Shown: one piece after another, positions 22,403 through 36,000 of the stretch
Position numbering within the stretch: position 1 is the first letter of the stretch
Layout: the number at the start of each line of letters is the position of its first letter
DNA from: Vicugna vicugna
Lineage: Eukaryota
NCBI GenBank assembly: GCA_013265495.1
Contig: MU057930.1
Coordinates: forward strand, 1,752,057 to 1,816,056
Reading direction: 5' to 3'
Length of the DNA stretch: 64,000 nucleotides
Made by a program: the position numbers and the translations under genes
Notes under the pieces: generated by a model
What the model was told of the DNA's origin: nothing
What the model saw: the letters and a program-made list of their open reading frames with translations, nothing else
Database searches by the model: none

Positions 22403-25400
22403 ATCACATTCTGTTCGATTATGGCTAATGAACAATACAGGCAGCAAACATTCCTGCATTCTGATCTTTCCTTCTCTTTAGGTCAGATGGGCAATTCTAA
22501 GACCACGCATGAACTGGACTTTGGGGCACAGCTTGGTAACTTACAGGCCCCTACAAGGGTGATCTACAAGCTTACGTGATGAACGGGGCGGACGGATCGA
22601 GAGCCAAAGGGCAGACCTTGGCAGGCACTGAGCATTTATTAAATACTGAGCGCTGACTCAGGTCCTGCCTGAGAGGAGCTCTGATCTAGGGAAATGCGCC
22701 ACAGCATGCCGGGAATCTTACCTACGAAATGACTTCCACAAGGGTCCCCTTATGTCTGAGCTGGAAAACTAGGTTCTAAATCCCAAGATTGACACGTGCA
22801 GTGATATTGAGCGAAATAAGCACGAGCCTTTTAAAATTACATTTTTACTTCCAGACTACCGAAACATTTTTTTAAGTTTTTTTTTTTAAATAATTAGTTT
22901 CGAAGAATTATACTGGAAACTCCAAGAAGAAGCTCTGATGGAGACCCTGTGAACACGCATATACCTGGATTCCCTCAGGATGGGATGTAGTGGTGTGTCT
23001 CACCTGCAACTAAAATCAGTTTTTCTACCCCACCCCACCAATGGACAGGTACATTTCTCAGGCCTGTAAGATCACAACAGGTGGCCGAGGTCACAATGCA
23101 CGCCGGTTACGTGGGTGCCCAGGGTTCTAGGTATTATAAAGACATTTGAGATGGTGACGGAGCTCTAAAGCGTGCTCCGTGTCTTCCCAAACAAGGTACC
23201 ATTCAGGCTGTGACCTGGAGCCCCCATTCCACGGCTCACCCCTTGGTGAACGAGCCCCGGCCAGTTCTTCTGGGAAAGGTCCTTGCAAGGTTGTCAAGCC
23301 CGGAGGGTATCCAGAATAAGAAAATAAAGGATTTAAGGGATGAGAATTGGGTCACTCTTTGGTCTCCCTGGAGAGTGGGGAAAGGAAAGTGAAGGAAGAT
23401 TTCCAGGGCTTGGGAAGCAAGAGAAAAATGAAGAAAAAAAAAATCCAAGCACCAACTGTAAATGCCCAGTTACAATCCTACTAATGATAGTCATGTATTC
23501 ACTAAGAGTCCCAAAGCTGATTACGACCCAAGCAAAAGCAAGTATTGGCTCAAAGCCTGAATAATTTAGGGGTCGTGAAGAGGACGCTAACCAATGGTAG
23601 GAAATCCACACCAAAATGGGATCTCAAATGACTTGATCATTCTGCAAACACCTTTACCTGGACAAATGGATTTTCCTCGAATCCCGTGCTACTTTATTTT
23701 ATACACTTCCTTCCACCTGGGGTTTAGGTGCGGCTTTGTAATGAGAAATTACACGGCATTAATAAATAGCTAGCATATTTCATTTCCCTTCTCTTTGTTA
23801 AAAATCATGATTTTAGCAGGTTACAATACGAACAGAGATGAATGACCATTCAAAAGTGAGTACCCCAAAAAACGAGTTGAAAAACTTTCTCTTAAAGAAT
23901 ATTGCTTATTTTAAAATAATCCGTTAGGAATGTATGTATGTATGCATATGCATGACTGAGACATGATGCTGGAGACCAGAAATTGACACGACATTGTAAA
24001 CTGAGTATACGTCCATTTTTTAAAAAAATCATAGAAAGAGTAAATAAATAACCATTTAGGAAACCACTGCCTCCTTTCTGCAGGAAACAGCAATAAGTAT
24101 TCCATTGGTTCCTATTAGTAAATATTTAAAATCACTTAAATTAAATGGAAATCATTTCAGGTCATTTATACATTGCAACTTAAGTCGACAATGGGTTGGT
24201 TTTGTTCTTTCTGACAGAATTAAAGTCGGGGGTGAACAATGTTAAATTAAAACCATAAACGGTTAATTAATTTTTCCTCAAACGCTGAATGGTCTACACT
24301 TAGGACATCTGATAATTACGTAAAGTAAAACAATACTTGCTGACCAAACAGAGGAGAAATATGCAAACTAAACTGGGCAGGTGGGGGCCCAGGGCCTTGT
24401 AAGCGGCATGCTGATAGCATGTCAGTGCTGAATGGACGCATACAAATTCTCTGTTTCCTCCAAGCTTGAGTTTGCAGTTTTAAGGAAATTTTAAAACATT
24501 GGAGGCCTTTGGTTAAACTGAAGTTTTCTCTGCACTTGCTCTGACTTCACACGGAGACACGGGTTGTCAAAAGTCAAGTTCAGCCCTCAGGGAAGTCTGA
24601 TGTGTGCTGATAGGGTCTATTCGTACGCCGTTAACATCTTCCTGAAGTGGCTTCAGACCGGGCTCCTTTTATACAACTGTAAAGAGGGGGGCTCAGTGAG
24701 GCACGTGCCAGCTTCCAACTTTATTTTTCCGGTATTGAGGTGAAACTGACATAACATGAAGTTAACCGTTTTAGAGTGTATGATGCCGGGCTACACCAGA
24801 GGTCCCTATCTCAGTGAGACTCAGCCCTGACCTCTGTACACAGAACAGACACCTCTGAATCCTAACCCTTCATCTGTCCTTTTCTTCTATCACGTCTCTC
24901 CTCACATTTCAAGCTCCGTGGGCATTTGAACTTGAGACTCAAATTCCATACCTAGTTATTCCAACAGAACAGAGAATCAAGAAGTGAAGCCAGGGCCGTA
25001 TTGCAAAACAATGGAGAAGGAAGGGCAATTTCAGGCCCTGGTTCAGGAAGGTGAATCCACGAGCATGAATGCCAGGTGGAACCCCAGGCAGGTGTAGTCC
25101 TACCTGTTATGAACAGGTAAGTGACTGCAGGACTGGCCCTCACCCAGCGCTGACTGCTAACATCAGGAAGTAGTTCTCCGCTGGCTTGTGGATGCTGGTG
25201 TCTGGAGCTCTGAGGTATGTTTCCTTCTTGCTTCCCCTCCTCAAAGACCTCCCCCCGTCTCCTCCAGGATCCAGCAACCCAAAATGTTCATCCCTGGGCT
25301 GAATGAGCCTCCAGAACTCTGACACCAGAGCCTACCATCTGCAAGAATTCATTGATGGGTCAGGGGGTTGAGGAGTCTCCTGTCTCCTGCACTCAACAGT

Positions 25401-25701
25401 TTGATCATACTTTTTGGATACTATGCGTATCACAGACCTTTTCTTCTACGTCGGTTTAGAGCGTGCTCATTTTGAGTTGCTATCATCTCTGCTTCCCACA
25501 GAAGAATAGGGAAGTCCCCAGATTTGAACTTCAAATGAACAGCCTTGGGACAAATGATGAAAAGCTTGCATCACTCACTCAGCACCACGGACAGCTTCAA
25601 AAGTTAATACACGTGGAAATCCCGCTGCAGATTCAAGAAGTACTAAATTCCAACCACAAATAATAGACCGTATGTGTGCGGTCCATCCCTATCTTAAAGG
25701 G

Positions 25702-25865
25702 TTTTTTTTTTTTAATTTAAGTAGAGTTGACTTACAGTATTGTGTTAATTTCTGATATACAGCATAGTGATTCAGGTATAGATATATAGCTGAATATATA
25801 TATTCTTTTTCAGATTCTTTATCACTATAGGTTATTACAAGATATTGGATATAGTTCCTAGTGCT
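25702..25865 (-). mobile_element. LINE-1 extreme 3' end
   Basis: Poly-T, AATTTAAGTAGAGTTGACTTACA...ATAGGTTATTACAAGATATTGGATATAGTTCC. Confidence 0.85.
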
Positions 25866-25899
25866 TAAAATGTTTACTAAGCTCTAAATCTACACATGT

Positions 25900-26100
25900 G
25901 CCGAGACTTGTATTTCCCAAGAGTAGATCTTAAAAGTTCTCATCAGAAGAAAAAAAAATGTAATTCTATGAGGTGATGGACGTCAACTAAATTGATTGTA
26001 TTAATCATCTTGAAACATTGACAAGTATCAAGTTGGCTTGTTACATGCCTAAAAGTGATGCAATGTTATGTGTCAAGTTTATCTCAATAAAACTGGAGAA
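25900..26100 (+). mobile_element. Older LINE-1 3' terminus (L1MA9-like)
   Basis: AAGAGTAGATCTTAAAAGTTCTCATCA...TATCTCAATAAAACTGG. Confidence 0.75.
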
Positions 26101-26317
26101 TAATGCAGAGTAAAGATGCTCTCCATGCAAATTAATGAAGGAAGAGTAGTGAATTGGGCCACTTATAACAGAAACCTCTACCTGGCTTGCCCACGGTCTC
26201 CCTTCTATTGAAACCAATCATTTGGCCAAACTTGGGGAAAGCCGTTGGCCAAAAGGGAACCAAGTCTATTTTCATTGAGATAAATCTCTATCCACAACCA
26301 CCATCCCCAATTCAGGA

Positions 26318-26318
26318 A

Positions 26319-26358
<40 letters not shown>

Positions 26359-26399
26359 CATCCATCCATCCATCCATGTGTCTACCTACCTACCTATCT
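26318..26399. repeat. (TCTA)n/(TCCA)n/(CCTA)n compound microsatellite
   Basis: Directly visible. Confidence 0.95.
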
Positions 26400-28028
26400 T
26401 TGCTTCAGAACTAGGATTCTCTGGAATTATTCCAGGATTTTTTTTTAATCTAAAGAATTTTCTTATAATGGACTCCTTTGTTTCACTGGCTCAACTCTCT
26501 GCTGGTAGACCAACAAGATGATGTCATCTTTCAGGAAAAAAATCACCCCCATGTGAGCAGTGGACTAAGATCTCATGGGGATGAGGTGTTTTTGTCGCCC
26601 ATCTTGTCCTGTTACCCATCCTCTAAGCTGGAGCTCATGGGAGCTTAGTCCCACCTCGAGGGAGGGCCATGCTGGCGTCCTTGAAACAAGGGCACCATCT
26701 TAACACCACTTGGCCAACTCTCCCTCCAAGAAATGCCATCATCACTCAACGATGTTTAAAACCAGAAAAGATTGTTCCATGATGCCTCGGCAGTGACGCG
26801 GGGCAAGACTGAAAACAAAAAGTAACCAAGGACACCACATCCCAAATTCTCGAGTCCAGCGAACCCAAGCCACTCTAAAAGGCGGCGTGGGAAACAATTG
26901 AGTTTGAAAAGTAGTGGCAAGGCATTCGAAGAAGGCCATTCATTGTTTGAAAAGTCCAGGAGTCACTTTAAAACTTGAGTTGGATCTGAACAAGTCCCTT
27001 GTTTTAAAAACCCACACTGATCTCGAATGTAGATTTTTAGGAACCCCCTATCCTCCGCTCAACTTCGGGATGGCAAGTGTGTCCAATGTGCAATTTCCAG
27101 AGACGGCATTCAGGAGCATTTGTAATTGGATTCTATAAAAGGTGGAGAGAAGATAGCCAAGTGACAGTTTTGGCTTTATATTTACAGCTTCGTAATTTAA
27201 GAAGACAACGTGAGATACAGCCTTATGCGTTGCTGGAGCGAAGGCACGCATTTTGCAGCCAATGGGCGGAAATGGTTTTGTTGCTTTTAAACCAGTGAGG
27301 ATGTTTTAAAGGTTCAGAATGATCCTAATTGTTAGAAACACTTATGCAAAGAGTTGAAGAAGTAAAATCTCTATTATAGAACTCTACTGTTTGTTCTTTT
27401 TTTAAATAACTCTCAAAACCTCATAGAACTATAAAGACATGCAGATTTAAAATATACATTTTTAGAACTGTGGGCTTTACTTCAAGGTAGGACGCATGCT
27501 ACCAAACAAAGCTGTCTGCATCCGAGCAATCCTACACGCAGTGAAGATGAAATCCCCAGTGGATGATTCCGACATAAGTTGATGTTTCGAGGAAAATGAA
27601 ACCTTCAGCGCTTGCGAAAAAGCAACAGCTGCTGAGTGGAAGACGTGCAAATAAACACAATTTCCATAAAAGTAGGCAATCGTGGATTTTGACAACCAGG
27701 AGTTCACACATACAGCAATAAAAAAAAAATCCTCAAATAAATACAGTGTCTGCTCTGTAAATGAGCTTTCATCATGCAACCTGAAGTCGAAACCTTGGCC
27801 AGGATGAATCCCCCCAGGAGGTGTTTATTATCTGGTGAACACTCAGAGGACAAAGGCAAGGAGCGCTGTGACCCCAGCCCTGAAGGAGCTTAGACACCGG
27901 AGACAGGAAGTGGACACTGTCCACGCGAAGAAATAAAGCCACACACATCTGCGTGTGGATGTTTTGGCACAGACGAGGGTGCCGTGGGGCCCCTCCGTCC
28001 TCAGAGAAGGGACACACGAAGAAAGGAA

Positions 28029-28254
28029 GTGGGTCTCAACCAGGTGGAGGCTTCCCAGCCCGTCCCCACCAGGAGGTGCTGGGCACAGGCTGGGACACAT
28101 GTGGTTGTCATGATCGGGGGCTGGGAGGTGTGACTGGCATGCAGGGGGCAGAGGCTGGAGACGGTGCGTAACATCCTACAATGCTCAACACAGACCCCCG
28201 CAAAAGAGAACCATTTGTTCCAAATGTCAGTGGTGCAGAGGTCCAGAAACCATG
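28029..28254 (+). mobile_element. MER20 (hAT-Charlie) DNA transposon
   Basis: GTGGGTCTCAACC...AACATCCTACAATGC...CAAATGTCAGTGGTGCAGAGGTCCAGAAACCATG, near full length. Confidence 0.85.
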
Positions 28255-28339
28255 AAATCGATAATATCCTGAGAATGAGAGGTCATTTCCTCCCCCAGAA
28301 CTGGAGGTTAAATGGGGAAAAAAAATCCCCAAAGACATA

Positions 28340-29280
28340 ACTAGGAAACCAAGGCGAGCAGCACATAAAGAGGATTATACACCGTGACCCAGTCAGGGTT
28401 TTACTCCAGGATACAAGGTCCGTTTAACATTCAAAAGTGGATTAATGTACTATACTGACAGAAAAAAAAAAAAAACAACAAAGACCACATGATAATATTT
28501 TCTGAAAAATTAACTCCCAATGCAACCAGGTCTAAAAGCACATCTAAAACAGTCTAACTCTTAAAAAATATATATATAAGAATAAATCAGTGTGATCTTG
28601 GGTTTGGTGAAGACGTTGTCTTAAAGGCAGAAAGAGCAAGCGTAGAAAAACAAGAGTTAAGCTGGACTTTGTCAAAATTAAAAACGTGTGTTCCAACAGG
28701 CACCATGAAAAAAGTGGGGAAGAAACAAAATGAAAGTAAATATTTGCAAGTTGTAGTATCTGACAAGGAACAAATACACAGAACATGTTATTTTAAAAAA
28801 CAAAGTCGTAACTCAATACTAAAAAATACACAAATGCCCCAATTAAAAAAGGGCAAAGGATCTGAATAGACATTTCTCTAGGAATACAGGATATACAAAC
28901 AGCCAACATCCACATGGAAGGACAGGCAGCATCACTAGGCGTCAGGGAAACGCACATTAAAAACGGCACCACTTTATACCCATTGGAACGGCTACGCTCA
29001 AAAAGACACAGGGCAACAAGCGCCGGTGAGCGACTGGAGAAATTAGAAAGCTTTTGCTGGTGGGAATGCAAAATAGTGCACCTATAGGAAACGCACAGAA
29101 AACGGACAGAGTAGATTCGTGGTCCCCTACGTCTTCAGGGATTGGAAAGAACAGATATTGCCTTGTCTCCTAGGGGTGATGAACGTATTCAAAAATTAGA
29201 CGGTGTTGATGGCGGTGCAATGTCGTCACTATCCTAAAGGCCGTGGAACTGTTCCCTTCAAATGTGCACATGGTTTAGAA
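28340..29280 (+). mobile_element. Old fragmented LINE-1 (ORF2 pieces plus 3' UTR)
   Basis: AAAAAAGGGCAAAGGATCTGAATAGACATTTCTC and TTGCTGGTGGGAATGCAAAATAGTGCA are L1 ORF2 3' motifs. Confidence 0.75.
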
Positions 29281-29810
29281 ACTGTTTCAAAGAAGGGACG
29301 CAGACAATGAAAGGTGGGACTGGAGACAAACCCATGGGTCATTTCCAAGAAGATTAAGAAAGATGAGGGTGCAGGAAAGGCCATTAAAGGAAGGGGGAGA
29401 AAGTGCTTAGGTGTACGGGGGGCCTGCAAGGGAACAGTTTTGATGAACTATGACTAAGACGCAGGAAGTTGGTTGATCAGACCTAAGAGGGGAAGAAATG
29501 GATAAACAGAACTAAAAAAGTGAATACCCAGGGGAGTGGAGTGTGGGGGGCAGGGAAGAGATGGAGAAATTGTTGAGGCCATTTGCCCAAGATTCGTTTT
29601 TGTAAAGACATGAAACGTTATGCATGGTTTTAAAAAGAAGCAGTCTAGGAAAAGATGGCTGGTATTTCTGAATGATACTACAGGTTCATGTTTAGAAGGG
29701 AGAAGAGGATGGAAAGGAGGGGAGCAGATGCTGAGAGGTTCACAAATGTACTGAAAGAGGAACATGGGTGGGGTATCCCCCATGTGTTCAAAATGCATAA
29801 GATGGAGTTA

Positions 29811-30095
29811 AAATATATATATATATATATATTCCAATCTATATATCTAACTCTGTATCTGTTTACCTGTTTGTCTATCTACCTATCTTTCCATCTACCC
29901 ATCCACATATCCAACCACCCATCCACCCAACCACCCTCTTTCTTTCTTTCTTCCCTTCGTTCCTTCTTTTCTTTTCTTTCTATCCATCCATCCACCCATC
30001 CATCCATCCATCTGAATGTCTTTCCATCCACCCAGCTACACATCCATCCATTCATCCTTCTTTCCTCTCTATCCATCCATCTCATCTTATCTATC

Positions 30096-30156
<61 letters not shown>

Positions 30157-30535
30157 TCATCCTGTCTATCTATCTACCTACCTACCTATCCATCCATCCA
30201 ATCTATCCATCCATCCAACCATCCATCCATCTATCCATCCATCCATCCACTCACCTATTTATCTATCCATCCATCTTATTTGTCTATCTGTCTGTCTGTC
30301 TATCTACCTACCTACCTACCTACCTATCTTATCTATCTGTCTATCTATCCACCTATCTTATCTACCTATCTTATCTATCTATCCATCCGTCTAACTATCC
30401 ATCCATCCACCCATCTATCGAACTATCTAATCTGTCAATCAGTCAATCAATCAGTCAATCAATCTGTCAATCAATCAATCTATCTATCTACCCACCCACC
30501 CACGCATCCATCCATCCATCCTACCTAGCTATGTA
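29811..30535. repeat. Large compound (TA)n/(TCTA)n/(TCCA)n/(TCAA)n microsatellite field
   Basis: Directly visible; pure TCTA run at about 30097-30155. Confidence 0.97.
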
Positions 30536-32310
30536 TCAGATGGCTAAGAAAAAGCACCACAGAGCCATCTAAACCATCACTAGGATATTTTAGCAAACTC
30601 TCAGCAGCCACTTTGAATGACAGAAAACATTTCTCAATCCAAACTGGAAACATTTCATCATTGTAAAATTGTTCTCTGAACCCCAGTACAGATGTGAGTC
30701 ACCTCGGTGTAACTGACAGTGCTTCTCTGGGAGATCCTGTCCTACCTATGTCTGTATGAAGCGTGCATCTTTATAATAAGAATGCATTTGTCCTACCCAC
30801 CGGTTTCATAGGACATGGCCTTTTGTCCCGGAATATCGGAACCTAGAATAAAAGCTGTTGCACTGAACGCAGCAAAAATCAGTGCCTGCAATCTCAAATA
30901 ATGAATGGAACCAGGAGAGCTTTGCGACTGGCTTACTGGCATGAAGACTCCAGCTCATGCACGTCTAATGAGTGTTCCATCAGAGGAATGCTGCGTTTAC
31001 CATTCTAAAATATCTCTGATTCTTTGATACTGAGAATTGCACAATTCTTAGAAAACAGCTTTTTTTTTTTTTTTTTCAATCAAAGGAAAAACTGTCCAGC
31101 CCTACCCATTAGGTGGGACTTACCCAATCGCATCTGTAACCGTGTCTTTTTATTTGAAAAATACATTGATGTTGCTAAATCTGCCATTTCCAGGTTACAT
31201 TCTGATCCCTTTGAACCTGTGCCTTATATCCCTCTGGGGTTATTTCATAAAGTCAACGACGGACTGATGTGTGACAGAGCAAAGCCAGGGGAGTTAAGCT
31301 AGAACAGAACATGTCCCCTGAGGTATCACTGCTGTGGGCGTGTGTGTGTGTGTCTGTGTGTGTACACGCATGCACGTGTGTGTGGACATGTGCGTATTCA
31401 TTCTGTGCTTCTTGTAAAACATGAAATTCAGGCTTTCAGGCAAATGTGAGGGAAAAGAAAAAAAGATAGGAAAAATGATCTGCAGAACGTGTGTAGCCCC
31501 GGAGTATTTCAGCCCTGCAGTCTTTGCAGTGCCCGCTCTGACCACCTTGTGGAGATTTTTCAACTATCTGACTTGGAAGGACTAATTCCTTGCATGTATC
31601 AAGACAGGGAGGCATGTGTGGACTTTTTAGGCCATGTTTATCAAGCATTTCTCGGATGCAACGGTTGCCTGAATCTTCGTTTCCAGCTCACCCAATCAAG
31701 CTAATGTGTTTCAGCTCTCAGATTCAGGGCTCTTCCTGTCGGAACATCCCAGTGTCCCCCCGAGCTGAAATGTCTCCATCACACCTTCCTTTTCATGCAC
31801 AATGGTGCATATGCCTCTCTTTCCCCATGAAGACAGTGACCACTTTCTCCTAATCAACATAAAGGGATCAATCCTTCATACATCGCTTGGGAAACAAAAT
31901 GAAGAAAAAAGGCGAAGAAGAGAAAGCAGTCGGTTTCTTTCAGAATGAAGCATCTTAGGAGAGTCTGTTTTGGATGCAAACATTTCCACAGAAGAGCATT
32001 TTTTAAAAAATTTTTATACTATTTTTTAATTTTATTATTATCATTATTATTCTCTAGAGGTTTTTGACTCAACATTGTAAAATGACTATAACTCAATAAA
32101 CAAATGTTTAAAACAAAAAAAGGAAGAGTATTTTTTTAAACGTACACCCTGTGTGATTATTCCAAGGTGTCGTGACGTTCTGGGACCTACTAACTGGAAA
32201 GGAGGTACTTTTTCAATACATTCTTCATTCAAGTGTGTCTGAAGGTTGCGATTTCCAAAAATGGCTGTGGGTGCGAAGGTACCATCCCAACTTCCTTCAG
32301 AAATTCTGAT

Positions 32311-32407
32311 TCAGGAGCAGCCAAGATGGCAGAGCAGAAGGACGCTCTTAGCTCAGCATCTCCCACAGACACCAAGAGAGACACCCGTGGACCCACCCAT
32401 TCACTAG
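32311..32407 (+). mobile_element. Isolated LINE-1 5'-terminal fragment flanked by TSD, no poly(A)
   Basis: GGAGCAGCCAAGATGGCAGAGCAGAAGGACGCTCTTAGCTCA resembles an L1 5' UTR start with a YY1 motif; 11-bp direct repeat GAAATTCTGAT at 32300-32310 and 32408-32418. Confidence 0.65.
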
Positions 32408-32693
32408 GAAATTCTGATGGCTTCCTAAAGAGATCGAGGAAGTTGTCCATTGTGCGACGCATGCTAGTCCATCATTTTGTGCATTTGAGGTTGGGAATGA
32501 AAGGTCTTTTCTACCTTCCCGTCACCCCCCCCCAATCCTTCCACATCCCTCGTTGCCTGTGTTTGCTGCAGAGTTAGCGTGCTTCCCCCGTGGCCCTCTG
32601 TCACGTGAGAACAGGCATCTCTTTGTTTCATTGTTCATACCAACTTTTCCAGAAAAGGCATCTGTCCCATTATAGCATCTTTTCCAAAAACAC

Positions 32694-33029
32694 TTTTTTA
32701 AATTGAAGTACAGTCAATGACAATGTGTCCATTCCTGGTGTGCAGCCCTGTGTCCCAGTCATGCATACACATACGTATATTCATTTTGATATTCTTTTTC
32801 ACTAAAGGTTATTAAAAGATATTGAATATAGTTCCCTGTGCCATACAGAACAAACTTTTTAAAAAAATCTATTTTTATATATAGTGGCTAACATTTGCAA
32901 ATCTCGAACTGCCAAATTTATCCCCTCCCACCCCCTTTCCCCAGTAACCATAAGACTGTTCACTGTCTGCAAGTCTGCTTCTGTTTTGTAGATGAGTTCA
33001 TAGTGTCCCCTCCCCCTGCCTTTTTTCTT
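32694..33029 (-). mobile_element. 5'-truncated LINE-1 3' UTR
   Basis: Reverse L1 tail AAATTGAAGTACAGTCAATGACAATGTGTCC; flanking repeat CATTATAGCAT at 32668-32678 and 33030-33040. Confidence 0.9.
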
Positions 33030-36000
33030 CATTATAGCATGTTTATCCTGCTGCAATGGTTTCCACATCTACTCCCACGTGCTTCTGAAGTCCCAGGGAC
33101 AGAACCTTCATCCCCAAAGTCCCAGAGACAGAGTCTCCACCCTCCGTGAACCAGCGTCCTTATCTTCTGAACTAATCAAATTCATGCAATGGGCACTTCG
33201 AGCCACCAGGAGGCGGAAGAGGAGAACCCAAGGAGATAAATCATCGAGAAACAAAAGCTACCGGTGGGTGATGTTGCCCAGACATCTTCTGGCTCTTAAC
33301 CAACACGCCAGCAACCACAAAGACTGGCTTATGGGGTTTCCGAGTAAGTATGAGATGCACAGAGAGCTATTGATGGAGATGGTGAAAGGCACTGACTTGG
33401 TGTGTGTCGGGGGTGGGGGAGCACCTGTTTTTTTCTACTTTTTTGCATAAGTTTTCGATCAGGGAAGCAATGCCCACCGCCCCTTCCCCAGTCCAGTGTG
33501 TCCACCCTATAATGTGTTATTTGGAGGGCAAACCTCCCTCCCTACCCCCGTCCAGCCCAAGTAGAACCACGTCAGCAAGCACTGCAGAAATGAGACCAGG
33601 GGTCTGTTCCCAGACTGGCCGATCCCCTCCACCCACCACAAAGGGTCTTATTCTAAGGATTTTCAAGGCTTCCTTCCACCCTCTTTCCGTTTCAGGGTTC
33701 TGTGTGGTCCTTCACAAAGGGTCCAGCCTCTGCTCCCACTGCTTCACACTTCTCCCAAACCTTCCTTACTTCTCCACCTTTTTTTTTTTTTTCTCTTTTC
33801 CCCTCAGCGCAAGACTTCATCTTCCCTCTCAACCCTCTGAACTCCTTACAGCATTCTTCTGTCCCTCCGGAACGCACTTGACGATGGAGAAAGGAAAGAG
33901 TTCCCGTTGGGCATCTCATCAGGGGCAATCTGAGAGGAGAGGGAATACAGAAGACACAGGAGGGGGCGGCACGGAGATCCTTGAAGGCAGAGATGTAATT
34001 TTTTTTTCTTTATATACACATTTAGGAACTTTCGACTTGATAGGTAAGATGTCCTCCATTCGTAATTGAAACAAAAATTCTTAGTAAAAGATAAAAGCAA
34101 AGAAATGAGAGAGAGAGAAAAAAAAAAGACTCAGGAGGAAAAAAGAAGGCCAAAGTACCAACGAGTAAACAGTATTTTAACTCCCAAATGAAAGGGAAAC
34201 TTAAGACCATCTATCTATATGGGAGGCTGACTGCTTTCAGCAGAGGTGTGGCAGGCATGTGCCAGGGAGCCACTAAAATACCTGTGATGCAAACTGCTTG
34301 TGTGCACGTGGAACTCAGGTCATAGCTCTTTGCAGGTGCACGTGAAGCCTCTCGTCCAGTGATGCCCAGATCCGTTTTTTGCAGGGAGTCCAACATGGAG
34401 CTCCAGTATATCCAAGAGATTACAGCCAAACTGCTCTGGCTGAGGTCAAAGGACGGCCTCCAAATGCCAGCCCACCCCCTTCCATCTCAGATGGAAATGA
34501 AGACCCTACAAAGGAGACCAGGAGGCCAGGCGGTCACATTTTCAGGTGGTCACACCGTGACACCATGCTCAAAGTCATGTGCCTTTTAATTCAAATGCTC
34601 TTCCTGCTCTGCCTGTATTTCAAACCAATTCTGTCTTCCATTTAAAGTTATGATGTCAGTCAATGCAGGTAAATAGTTTCGGGCAATTAATGAGCTTAAA
34701 GAGAAAGGCAACTTCAGAGCACCATTCCACAACCCTCCCTGAGATGAGAACTGTCAGGAGAGCTACACTCCTTGAAAAAGGAGCAGGTGTTCCTTTTGGG
34801 TTTTTTTTTTTTAAATCTTTGAAAAAAATGAGTTATATAAACCTACAAGGGTAACATTTCTTAAGACCCCAAAGATACCGGTCAGGTGTGAAATCTACTG
34901 AAGTCATCATTTGGGGCAATGGTCTTAATTCCATTTAGGGGCAACAGACAAGAAGGTAATGGAACGGGCATTAGAGGCCAGACACCCAGCTGGCTGGTAA
35001 AGCGTGAGATCTACTGCGTCCAAGAGTTTTTATGGGGCAATTGTCGTCCTTGGGGCTGATAGCACACCTCCTTGGACCACTGTGGATGATCTGTGATGCT
35101 TTGATGAAAAAGTGCATCAGCTCTCAAGGACCTGCTTTAAACATTAAAGACACATTGTAAACATTGAATCACAATTTTGTATCTAGATCGACCACAGTTT
35201 GACACTGTTCGGGGGGATTCTGGAAGCTGAATCTGATGTGAGAATGGCATTCTGTTCCCTAAGTCATGTTGTAGTGCCCCTGATTCACACTCGTAGACCA
35301 TGGTCCAGTCCCGACTCGAACCCCCATAAGCAATGTCCCTGGGAGTCAACACTGTCACCTCTGAGCCTCTGCTTCCTCCAAGGTAAGAGAAGCCATCCCT
35401 TCTTATGAGGATTCAGCGGAGGAACCCCCGTGGGAGGCACCGCTGAACATAACGCAGGCTCTCCACGAGTCTGGCCCTAAAAGCATGTAGATGAAGACTC
35501 TTTTGAAGCAAAATAATAAAAGCCTGCCGGAGGCATCAGATCACAGGAAAACCAGAAAGGGTACACACCTTGTGAGCGACACTCAGATGCACATTTGGAT
35601 GGAGGCAGAATTCACCTGCTGAAGATGGAAAGGCATGCAAATTGCACACAAGTGAAGGTAAGACCCACCTACAGATCTAAAGGGATTTATCTAAATCCCT
35701 TCCGTAACCCTCAGCAAGGAGGTTTCTCTTTCACAGCAAAGGTCTTTGAACAATCATTCTGAAAAGAAATAGAGGCAGATTTGATAGAAGTCAAGTTTTG
35801 CCTCCATACGCTTTTTTTTTAATTGATAAAGGTATGCAGCAGAATACAAAGGAAATATGCTTTTAAAAGAGCATCTCCTTTGAAACTAAACACCTGTTAA
35901 TTCATTGGCCCTTATGTGGGTATAAATAATTACTTTATAGGTATGACGGTACAGCCCAGTCTGCTTGGGACAATCCTAGTTTATCTATGTCTTATTAACG

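Noticed and set aside
29688..30572. Longest ORFs (294 aa and 170 aa)
   Set aside because: They are translations of the (TCTA)n/(TCCA)n microsatellite (SIYL/IHPS repeats), open only because the repeat lacks stop codons
33404..34069. 221-aa ORF
   Set aside because: No recognisable family; it runs through T homopolymers and low-complexity sequence, and starts at a non-ATG codon
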